Positions 1 through 10,960 of a DNA stretch of 59,174 bases are shown one piece after another; position 1 is the first letter of the stretch; every line of letters begins with the position of its first letter. This stretch comes from Basidioascus undulatus (Eukaryota): contig JTLS01000007.1 in NCBI GenBank assembly GCA_000826855.1, forward strand, positions 1 to 59,174, written 5' to 3'. The notes beneath the pieces were generated by a model. That model had not been told where the DNA came from and searched no databases. It was given only the letters and a program-made list of their open reading frames with translations. Position numbers and translations under genes: made by a program.

Positions 1-129
1 CGGCGGCGTATGGAGCAGGATGCGAAGGTCGCGAGGCGCGATGCGGAGAAGATGGAGAAGATGAGGAGGAAGCAGGATAGAGGGAGGTCAGGGTGGCCAG
101 GTTGGATAGCGACTGATGGTCGGGTTTAG
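1..129 (+). CDS. 3' end of an unknown charged/coiled-coil gene entering from the left edge
   Basis: Frame 1 reads RRRMEQDAKVARRDAEKMEKMRRKQDRGRSGWPGWIATDGRV to TAG at 127-129. No homology recognised. Confidence 0.4.
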   Translation, partial: RRRMEQDAKVARRDAEKMEKMRRKQDRGRSGWPGWIATDGRV

Positions 130-862
130 AGGAGGGGAGAGAGCGTTGCGCGATCGTCGACCATTGCATGATACCTCTATCCACGCAGTATTCTGGTGTT
201 TTGTGTTGTTCGAAGAGAAGGATGCGAGTGAACAGCCGTGTGCACTGCTCGGGCACGCGTGCATAGCTCGGGCGTATGCTCATACCTTGACTTAACGAGA
301 CGACACCTGCCCAATTCACTATACGCGGGTGCTGAGCGTTCGTATCAACTTCCTGTATCCTCGTTTTCAGAAGACGGACTCTCCGGCATTCGAAGGCGCA
401 GCGGAGGGCGGGCTCAGCGCTAGCCCCCTGACGCACGTATGGCGCAGTTTTTCTCGTCTCTAGACTGGCGGGAAACGTGGCGCTCTATTTTTAGATATAT
501 TTTCGTATGGATTGGCGAGCAAGTGCGGCCAGCCTGCGTGAGATGTTCGAGCTTAGCGTTCACTGTAGACTGAGGGCTCGCAGACACAGGCTGGATGGCG
601 AGCCGCTGAGCTGCGGATGGCCCCTTCAGAACACTTTCATGACGTACGACGGTCCAGTGAACTGACATGCGGAGTGCTTGCATAAAACACCGCTTAGAGT
701 CCACAGCTGGGCACTGGGGCTCGCGCTGCATAAAAGGAGGGTGCTGCACCGACCGACGACTCCATTCCCCACCATCCATCGCTTCCACACATCTAATACT
801 CCTCCGAGCACCTCCACTCCTTCCACCTTCCCAATTACATTCACTCCTAATAAAACCCCAGA

Positions 863-1527
863 ATGCGCACCACTTCCCTCCTCGCCGTTGTTGCCCTCTC
901 CGCTACCGCCATGGCTGCTGCTGCGCCTGCGGTCGGCGGCGCGTCCGGCTACGCCATGATGAGCCGCCGCGATGCCGGCGAGCTGAGAAGGCACCAGTGG
1001 AACGGGGACGACAAGAAGGTACGTTCCAGTTTAGAATTCGGCAGGTCTAGGTAAAGCAACGCTGATTGCGGTCTGAAAGCAGAAGGAGGACTACAAGAAG
1101 GATGATGATAAGAAGAAGGGGGACGACAAAAGGGAGGTCGACAAGAAGGATAACAAGCAGAAGGGGAAGAGGGACGAGGTAATGAGACTGTCACCTACTC
1201 GCAAACCTGCAACGCAGAAAGCGTCTGACAAGGCATCACTGGGCGCCTACAGAAGAAGCATGACGACAAGAAGAAGGATGGCGACAAAAAGAAGGACGAC
1301 AAGAAGAAGGACGACAAGAAGAAGGATGACAAGAAGGATGACAAGAGGGCCGAGGTCAGGACACTTTCACCTGCTCACAGATTTGCAGGTTGAAGAGCTT
1401 CTGACAGCGCTCCATTGAATCCCTACAGAAGAAACATGATGACAAGAAGAAGGATGACAAGAAGAAGGATGACAAGAAGAAGGATGACAAGAAGGACGAC
1501 AAGAAGAAGGATGAGAAAAAGCACTAA
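863..1527 (+). CDS. Secreted Lys/Asp-rich repeat precursor (Kex2-processed repeat protein-like), 4 exons
   Basis: Signal peptide MRTTSLLAVVALSATAMAAAAP. Exons 863-1018, 1083-1178, 1253-1354, 1429-1527, all phase-0 GT-AG introns. KKKDD repeats separated by RR/KR sites. TAA at 1525-1527. Confidence 0.85.
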
Positions 1528-2099
1528 TCGGTGCGTTGTAATGTTGTGTTATGTGATGCTCCATGTCGAAAACTTAAAACATACCAATCTCAACCCGCAG
1601 ATGTGGCACGCGGTGCAGCTTCAGTGGGGATTGTTAATGCATGATCTTTCTACAGAAAGGAGGGTAGGTTCATAATATGATGCCTTGCACATGCACGACG
1701 TTGCTGCAGGCTGCTACCCCCAATGTTAGCCTGCAGCCCATTCCTGGTAAAGCTCGCCTTGAAGAGTTCTGCACCTCCAAGCATTGAGAATGGCTTCTCC
1801 CAGTGAATTTCGTGATATTATGTGGCAGTTGTTGGTGATGGAGTATCGCTAGTCACCGCCTCGCGCAACCAGTGCTTCACTGTCGATGAGGGCATCGTCG
1901 CAATCCATTCATCTCTCGGAGCTAGTGCAGGTGCACCGGACGGGGAGAGAAACAGAAGCACTAAGAAAGTGAACGAGGCGGGAGAGAAGCGGGGTTGTGA
2001 AAGGGTGGGGACGATTGAAATATCGACGCAATGCAGGGTGTCGCTCGCCGCAGGTCCGACGTCAATCTCCCGACCGCGAGTCTCGAGACAAATAATAAT

Positions 2100-2400
2100 T
2101 AAGTAACACCTAACACTTCCAATCCCGCGGCACTTCAGGATAGCACCGCTCTATGGAGCTGTCTGGCAGCGTGCCTTGCGTCCGTTCAACACACGCACTC
2201 CCTGCATATCGCTCAGCATCCCGCTTCGCGTTCTCCTTCCCGCCCAAAAATAGAAGTAAAAGATTCAATAATCAGGGCCTCCTCTCCCGTCTTCTCAAGG
2301 CTGCGCTGCTCTACGGAACTGTTGAGGCAAGTCACGCATGTCGGATGGGTCACTGATAGTGCGCTTGTGCACGCCTTTCAAACTCTCAGAAAGCGCACTC
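2100..2400 (+). repeat. Dispersed copy (two units plus 3' tail) of the ~155-bp repeat family
   Basis: Aligns by eye with 19388-19685. Core motifs GGAGCTGTC at 2155 and GGAACTGTT at 2315. Confidence 0.8.
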
Positions 2401-2656
2401 CGCCGGCAGCTAAGAGCCATACTAGACCTATTGTATGAAGCTGTGGTTAAAGCTCTGAAATGGGGACGGACAATGTGCACGTACTGCACATTGGGTCTGG
2501 AGTGTACAGCAGGGAAGGCGCACATGGCGTGCGCTGCCAAACCGTCGTACGGACAGAATAAGAGCCATAGACCAACGAGGCCGGGGGGGGGAAACTTCAC
2601 ACCGCACATGGTGAAGGACAAGGAAACTTACATAAGAACGGCCATCAAGCTTCCTC

Positions 2657-2730
2657 GGGCATATGGTGTAGTGGCTTATCACGCCTTCTTAGCATGGAGG
2701 AGGTCTCCGGTTCAATTCCGGATATGTCCA
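2657..2730 (+). tRNA. tRNA-Ala (AGC), intronless
   Basis: GGGCATA/TATGTCC acceptor stem with G3:U70, CCTTC-TTAGCAT-GGAGG anticodon arm, GGTTCAATTCC T-loop/B-box, discriminator A, followed by TTTGTTTT. Confidence 0.95.
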
Positions 2731-3385
2731 TTTGTTTTGCTCTTTTATTGCCCCGGGTTAGCCAGCGCACGTCGAGACATTCCCAAGACACGCGATCTCT
2801 GAGGAGTCGCGGCAAGCCGACCACAGTACAGTCGCGCAGTCCATTCTTCTTCTTTGACATTTCTCCCGACTCCTTCAACACGATTGTCTGGTACACACCC
2901 CCTTACACGGAGTGGTAATCAGCTGTTCTGCTCTAAAGGCTCTTCCAGTCGTCCACCATTGCGGCTGCTCTCTGTTGCGGAGCGGTGCTGTTCTGCGCGA
3001 GCGTAGCGCTACGTGCTCAGTTGTGGCCTTGCAATGCAACGTTACCGAGAATCCACCCCTTGGTGATGAATCTTGAATTTTGACAGTCTCCTGTATCACG
3101 AGCCTATTGTATCACCCTGATGCTGGGTCAGTGAGAAACCTGCCAGTGCATGCGTTTCACTGGCGTTACGACGGAGATGCAGGGACACGCTTGGCAGTGT
3201 TCTCACGCTTTGAAAGAATATCATGGTGATTCTTTGGTGATTGGCAAGCATATTAGTTACAGTGAAAATGAGCCAACAGTGATTATGCAGTGACAACACA
3301 AAGCAACCCATTCCACCCAACCAGACCAGAGACTTCACGCCGCGTTCTGTGGTGCAGAAAGACAATGGAGGCTCCGAGTCGTTAC

Positions 3386-4025
3386 TCACCGGTGGTTGTG
3401 GACAGTCCAGTCCTCTTTCTGATCTGCTGTGCCACAGTAACACGCGCCCTTGCCCCGTACGCAGTACCTCCCATCCCGCCCACAAACCTCACACCACATG
3501 CCGGCGCTGAACGCATTCCCCAAGTTGATCATGATCTCGAGCATGTTGAACACGTCCGGTTGCCCAGCTTCGTTTGCCAAGCTTCGTTTGCCAGACGTGT
3601 CGCGAGCTCGGATATGGCAGTGTCGGACTTGCTGGCGCGCTTGGCGCGCAGGAGAGTCCGGGCGACGTGAGACAGTCAGGTGGTGAACAGCTCGGATGCC
3701 CCGTCGTACTGGATCCAGATGGGGTAACGGGTGTTGAGGACATTCTGGCGGCAGGCGGATTGGAACGCAGCGACCGCGAAGCGGCGGCGCAGCGGGAGAG
3801 GTTCGGCTTGTTCGGCGGGCGTGCGACCGAGGACGAGGCCCGAGGAAGGCCAGGAGCAAGGGTGAAGGAGGACGGTGATGCGGCCGGTGCCCTTGTCGAC
3901 GGTGAGCGCTCCGTTGGCGAGCGTACGCGGGACATGAGTGAATGTGAGGCGCAGGCCGAAGGGCTGCGCCAGACTGCGAAGCCCAGTCTCGAGGCGATCG
4001 ACCATTGCCGCGTGCTCAACATGGC
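3386..4025 (-). pseudogene. MYND-type zinc-finger protein pseudogene
   Basis: CEVCGRDGRYCVRGKGACYCGTADQKEDWTVH is a degenerate MYND motif. In-frame TGA at 3676-3678. A 14-bp tandem duplication at 3566-3593 shifts the frame. Confidence 0.65.
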
Positions 4026-7000
4026 TAGGGGTGTGATCAGAGCACAGGCTGCAGAGGGAGAAGGGAGAAGCTGCAGAGGATCGGAGGGGGATAGGTGCGC
4101 AGTTGCATGAGACACGGGACCTTCAACCTACACGAAATGAACGCCGTACGGACCATGTGCTCAAATTTCCAGGCAGGTTTTTAAATGGACTTTGTCCAGG
4201 CCAGGAAATTGTTGTGTGTCTCTCAACGGGCCGCACGAATGAAGCGGCACGAGGAAACGAACGCAGAGACGGATGTGCAATTACATATGAGATATAAAGC
4301 CTAAACAAAGCGTACCAAAGCAGCATTGGAGAAAGTAAAAGTACTGAACAAAGACACGGCGATAGTCAAAATCGAAATCGGAGCGAACAAGGAGGTGGGA
4401 GCGCGTCATCAATTGGCGATGCAAGACTAAACCTTTGCCTCATGCATCTGCACCGGCGGCGGACCGTAATTGAATGCCTGGGCCGTGTAGGGGTCCGATG
4501 GGACTGGCGGTAGTGCGTCGCCGCATTGAACGAGAGGTCGAGCTCGGGCGTGTGCAGGAACAGCTCGGGCGCCTTGTTGTCGACGACGCCGGGCGAGTCG
4601 AATGGGGCAGAGATGGGGTCTCAGAACAAGGAAACAACGTTAGAAGGGACGCCTACGAAGTTGTTCGGATGTTGCGGTTTGGATAGAGAGCGGGAGAGGG
4701 ACCTATGCGGCTTGGTTGCTACGAGGGCGGCGGCGGATGATGAAGAACTTGATGAAGCCGATGATCACCGCTCCGACTCTGAAAGGAAGCGGATAAGCTC
4801 AGGGGTTTTCTGACTCCAGTGCAGTGATGGTACACTGATTCAGCAAAGGCCCTGTAATCCCACATAATCAGCTCGCTGCGGGCGCATACACCCCGAGAAT
4901 TGTGTGAAATGCACGCAGGCCCAATGATCGTGTTCCGCTTCTTCTTTGCGGCGTCCTCTTTCCTTCTCCACGGCCCTCTCCGCGGCCTCCTTGGCAGCCT
5001 TCACGTCCGCAATGTGCTGCTTGGCCTTGTCGGCGGAGTACGTCGCGTACGTTTGGAAGGCCGAGTCCGGAATCCGCGTCTCGCTGTTATTCGGGCTGGC
5101 AGGATAATGGAGGGAGCACGTTAGGATGAAATGTAACGGGGAAGAACTTTAGTAGAAAGAAGTACATCGATCCAATGTCGAAGCCGTGGGAGGTGCAGTT
5201 GGACAGGTAGCTGTTTTGTGTTCCACAACACCCCCGATTAGCCATTAGCCATCTGGCTGCAGCAGGGCGTAGCTCACGGAGAGAAATTGGCTCTTTGACA
5301 GCGGCGCTGAGCATCCAGAAATCTCAGATCAGTTGAAAAGGTGGGAGTCTTTGAATGGCAGGGATATACTGTGCCATGCCGCCTGGAAATTGTAGCTGGA
5401 GAACGAAACGGTAAGCACGCAGTCCTTGGTTGCGCTCAAGGATGCCCATCCGATACCGCTTAAAAACACAACCTTACCTTGAGATGCGGCAGCTGCAGCT
5501 GTAGTTCCCCTTAAATTCAGTATCAAGCACTGCGCCGTATTGAGCGGGCAAGCAGCTCACTTGTTCATAGGCTCGTCGTATCCGTCGGATGATCGTTCGC
5601 CTGGGCTTGCATAGCGAACGTTGGGTTCGAGCGACCCAATGTAAACCTCTGATAGGGACAGTTAATGCCGGTGTATCAGCCTCTGCCCCCGCTCTTCGCG
5701 AACAGAGGGGGATCGGAGAAGGGAATGCAGCTCACCACCGCCGTTACAGGGCGCCAGCACAAATGCCTGGACCAAGCAGGGGTCAAACCCGACGTTGTTA
5801 TTTGCCTGGAGCATTGTTATAAGTTAGTCTTGCAGTCATCTGGAACGTGAAGCAGGCCATCGGTGGACCCATGCGTAAGTCGAACGGCAGAAGGCCTCGC
5901 TGGTGATGTCCGCCGACTGTTGCGGGAGAAGGCTGAAGCGAGGGCAAGAAGGAAGCCGAGAGTGGCCAATGGGCTGAGTTGGAGATTCTGCATTGTGCTA
6001 GTCGAAGGAACGGGGTGGTTTGAGGTAGCAACAACAGAGAGAAAGAGGCTGTGAAGGTCGATGTTGGTGCACACGCCTCCTAACCGCTTTTGAGCACGAC
6101 CTAAAGTGTATGAATCCTGTGCATTGAGCGCTTCAACGTGCCTCAATTGAGAACTCAAATGTGTGGCAGCTGTATAAAATCTGGCACATGTTGGTGCCAT
6201 GCGACTGCCAACGGGCACCCATTCAGTCTCTTGGCAGCTGCCCGGCCACGATTCTTGCGCCTCGTCCGAAGGAATTCAAGGCTTCGCTCGTTTAATAGCT
6301 TTTGTGAACAAAGCAGAAGTCCTGGCGACGAAAACCGGTTCCGAAAGAGATGTCGGCTTCCTGCTGCAATTACTGGGCGTGGCTTGCGGCTTGAAGGTGC
6401 GTACGATCAGGGCACTGAACAAGAAGCTGTCGGGTTCCTGTGGTTGCCTCAGCACAGCATCTCAAGTGTTTGCCCAGCCGGGCAGCCATATTGATCATTC
6501 AAGAACTTCCAGGCTGTGCTGATATCACAACAACACAGACTCTGCGCACTGGTACTTGCTGTGTCGCTGGCGCATGGAACTTTGCATGCCACTGAGGTCA
6601 GCGCATCACGTTCAGAAAGCTCGAACCGGGGAAGCGCAATATGCGTTCGATGAGAAGCGCGGCTGTGTTGGTGTCGAGATAACGCGTCGCGGCTTGCGCG
6701 TCGGACATGTGCTAGCTGAGGATGTACGCGCCGACGCCGACGTGTCGCTGTCGCGCTCGAGAAGCAGCGATCGGCAGAACTCGACGCTGGAGCTGGGGCA
6801 GCAGGAAAAAAATTCTCAGTACCACGGTAGGCGGTGGCTGTGGCTTGAAGCATAATGGACACGTACGGTCTTGCTATCGCAACTGAGTCGGATCACCGCT
6901 TTCAGCGGCGGGAGGAGCGCCGCTGTGCTCGCCCCGGCTCGCGACGTGATTGCAGAATGGAAGTGGTGAAGACGGCCGAGCCCGCGGATACCGAACTGGG

Positions 7001-7768
7001 CTTTAAGAGCGGACTACGCGCTGAGTGCGAAGCCGGCGGAGCAGAGCTCGTCGACGAGCGCGGTATGTTGTCCGGCATCGGGCGTCGCAGCGCGGGCGAG
7101 ATTATGCGCCAGCAACGGATCACGCCGGCCGACTCGAATGGGCGTGCGCGCGCCGGCGAGGTCAAGATGCGTCCGATTGACCGCACCGCCAGGCGGAGAG
7201 TCGCCGGTGACGAAGGGGACCGCAGAACGTCGACGAGAGCGACTGCGCCCCCCTTGGCGAGAATGGCGTCCGCGTGCTGCTTATCGCGCCTGATAGCGCG
7301 GGCGCGTTGTCGATGAGATGATGACTTCTAGCGTGCTGAGAGCCCGCGAATCGAGCGAGAGGAGAGCGCTGGGCCGCGTCTGGTAGCGTCGAGAAGGGCG
7401 AAGGGCCAGGAAGACTGCAGAGACCGCTGGAGTCGAACCGGCGCGCGAGGTCGTCCACATCGGGAGAGTGCGGTGCCGCTGCACGTGGAAATGCGCGCCG
7501 GCGGTGGAAGTTTAGAAAGGGCGATGGGCTCGGGGGAGACCGAGATAGATTGCAAGTACAATCTCCGCGGATTCCCGTCCTTTTCTTGAGCTTGAGGAGA
7601 AGACGGATATTGATATGTGTGATGAGGTTGAGTGGATGCACTGATGCAAAACTTTGTTTCCAAATCGAAACATAACAAGCAGCCAGAGGGACGACGCCGG
7701 TGGTATCACGCACGACAATAGACGGAATGAATGATGTATGAAATGCGTTGAACAACGAGTGTGGGAGG

Positions 7769-9752
7769 CTAAACAGCCTCTTTTAAATGGTCGGCTTCCG
7801 CGCGCTTGACGTATTCCGGGAAGATGTCCACTGTCTGAGCGGACGCGGCGTCGACCTGCCTGGAGTACTCCAGCTCTCTGGGTTAGACACAAAGATACCC
7901 AATGCTCGGGTGAGCGAGGTACTGAGATAAGATGGATACTGGCGGCAGGGACGCACGTGTGCACAAAACGCTCCATGCTGATTTCGATGCCTCCATGCTC
8001 ACACCCAGCCGATCTTGAACGCGCGCGGCCACTGGACTGATTTCTGTTGGTCCAGTTCTGCAGAGGGTTAACATGATAAGTGATTTCTGGCCGGGAAGTC
8101 GGATGCGAAGACGGTCCACCTTGCTGAAAACGTATCCCTTGGCTGCGCTGTTGGAGCTCTCCTCCTTGCGGTAGAAGTCGGAGAGATGCCGGAAACCTCT
8201 TCCGGTCCCGGTAGGGAACAAAAGCATTGTCAGGCATGCATTGCTGACGTTGCACATATAACTTGTCAACCGATGTTTACAAGCAAGAGGGACTCACCTG
8301 CACGCGGCCATCGTGCTGATTGTAGCTGCGCCCCAGGCCATGATAAACATCATGGGCGTGTTGAGCTTTAGCAGGGCAAATACTGCTTGCACAAGGTTGA
8401 TCAGGAAGGTAACTAAAGAGGCAGGTCAAGGTGGTCAGCATTTCAAGAGATTTCACCCGCGCGAGATCAAGATGGGAAGGAAATTTCACCGATAAAGTAG
8501 ACCATTCCTGCCATGAGGCACATTAAGCGTCAGTTCCAGTGTGCTGAGATCCACCCTATTAAGGATGGAACTCACCGTCCTGAATGAGCAGAGTGCTCAG
8601 GCCGCTGCTCCCGAGGCCGTTGCGCATCCAGATAAGACGACCAGCAGAGAGGATGAGAACGGTGGCGTCTACCACTAGTTGTTTGAAGGTGGAGAATATG
8701 CGGCAAGGAGCATAAAAAGATAGCATCAAGAACTTTGCCTTGAAGGTGAAGCATAAGAGGGTGCTTACACATGGTTAGGACGTACTGCAGCACGAACACG
8801 TTACGAGTGGACAGTGAGTATACAACCATTCCTAAGCAGGCAAGCTAGCGGAGGGCAGGTTCTCACATTGGCAGAAAACCACGTCGCTACATAGGTCACG
8901 ACACATCCTTGACCGTCCACCCATATGGTCTTGGCGCAGACCGTACCTGGATCGAAACGGAACAATCACCATTAGCTACTGCATCGAAGGTATGGAGGTG
9001 AACTACTTGACGCACTGTGTGACCAGGTGGCGATCTGGCCAAGGTTCATGAGGACAAGGCAAACATCGATGTACTTGTTATGTCGCCCTGACAGAGGCAG
9101 AAAGAGGTGGGTCAGCTTTTGTCGGTAGCAGTGCACGTTGCAAGCCGGGAACAACTAACAGATGGCCTGAACAAGGGGCGCGACTCCTGCGTCAGCTAAT
9201 GTTGGTCTGGCGCAGGGGGCATCCAAACCACAATGCTCACCGAGGTTCGAAGCATGAGAAGCGATGAAGAAGCACAGGTGGCGAATCCGGAGCAAATCTG
9301 AAGCAAGATGAGAAACGCGTTGCAGTTTATTGCGGTCTCTGAATGGTAGAGGATGTTTCTGTGATTATCGATCAAGGGTAAGAAGGCACACTCCCGCTTT
9401 GGACATGACAACCTTACCCGAAAATATAACTGCCGCAAACAAAATATCTCGCTAGAAAATATGGAATCAAAGGAAGGCGGAATTGCCGTTCGCCCTTGAG
9501 CAGACTGTACTCCACGTCTCTGACATTGATAGAGTGTACCGGCTCAGCGCTAGACGACAGTGCAATGATAACAAAAAGCGTACAGCGTTATAAGGTACTC
9601 CCAGGCCCACATGCCCATGTGACAAAACTATTCGTGGGCTTTAGTAAACTTGAAGTCCTGATGGCGATAGCGCCGAGAAAACGCACTCCGAAAGCCAGAA
9701 AGACTTGGAAGTCCCTTTGGACCTCTACAGGCGAGTTCCAATCATTGCCCAT
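7769..9752 (-). CDS. Basidiomycete 7-TM GPCR-like membrane protein (DUF6533-like), multi-exon
   Basis: Spliced: MGNDWNSPVEVQRD..WEYLITLDVEYSLLKGERQFRLPLIPYFLARY..LLMLRTSAIW..GLSTLLIQDGMVYF..ISTMAACRGFRHL. Family-typical motifs and canonical introns. C-terminal exons less certain. Confidence 0.8.
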
Positions 9753-10960
9753 TGTCGAGACGGGAGTGTGTGAGTAACTGAGTCCTTTGAGGTGTAGAGG
9801 AAGTGAGATGAGGGTGGAAAGAAAGGCGAAGCGATTCGAGAAGGGCACAGCTCGAAGAACCGTGCTGAAGTCTTCAAAGATGCAGGCGGTATAACGGCGG
9901 CCCGTTCACAAGGACTGGGTGGTGCGACAACTGCGAGCGCACTCATCTGGGCGATTTCGAAAAACAGATGCAGCAGCAGTGGCATTGAAGCGGCTCCAGA
10001 ACGCCGTCAGGGCAGCTGTCTGGCGCTGACGACGAAGCCTTGAGTCGTGGCCATCCTCATGGTCGAGGAGCGCAGCCTCGAAACCGGTCAAACTAGTTCA
10101 ACCCCTGGAATCTACGGCTGAGTAGGAAAAATCACTGACACAGGCAAGCTGCACGCCAGTCTGAAAGGCGGAAAAGGAACGGCGTGCTGCATTGCCGAAG
10201 TCGGGCGGGTCGGGGCGCCGAAAGGGTTGGCCGGACCAGCTCGACAGCTGTGGAAACGTTCCTGCTTCGTGTGGGCACCTGAGAGAAACGCGGTCGTGTG
10301 GGTCGTTTCCCGCGTGACCGCACGCATCGCCCACCTCAAGTTCGAACAAAGTTTCGTCTTTTCTGCGTCCAGGAGCTTCCATGACCTGGAAATAGTGCAG
10401 GATCTTTATCTCTGTGGGAGGTACAGTGGGCGAAGTAGGCGAATGCAACAGAGAAGGGCTCCTTGAGGCGAAGGCTCCCTTCGAAAATGCGAGCGGAATG
10501 CACTCGACGGCACGTTGACAAGTCGCGGGACCCCTTTCCTTGGGCAGATCTCGGGCGAAAGAACTCCGTATGCAATGTTTACAAGTGTGTCACGGGTTCG
10601 TGTCGCCTGTCCAAGGTGCACGAGGAGAAATTTTGCACACGGAGTAGCCCTGCGTCGTGAAGGTCCAAACGTACGCGGTAGGTATACCTCGAAAAAGGAT
10701 GCTTCATCATCATTGACGACAGCAATGTTGTAAGAGGCGCAGGTGTTTCGAACGCAATAAATACATCCGCTTACTCCGCTGCAACTGAGCCGGGACCGTA
10801 GTCTTCCCCCGTTCGAAGCTCTGCATGCATGCCTTTCAGCTTCGAACTGTCGGATCGAGCCCACTCGAGTTGTTCACCATTGCTCATTTCTCTCACCTTT
10901 TGCTGCACGGCTTGCTGGCGTCGTTTGTCCTTTCCCTCAGCTCTTCCGCTTCTAGAAGCC

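Noticed and set aside
1182..1675. ORF-track MTRRR repeat proteins
   Set aside because: Off-frame readings of the KKKDD exons.
1760..1960. Minus-strand EALVARGGD*RYSITNNC, like a thaumatin N-terminus
   Set aside because: Several stops and no further motifs; too short to support.
4440..5100. Coding-looking minus-strand fragments (DVKAAKEAAERAVEKEE..)
   Set aside because: Cannot assemble a gene or name a family.
9850..10860. Minus-strand ORF fragments between the 7TM gene and the P450
   Set aside because: No motif; inconsistent frames.
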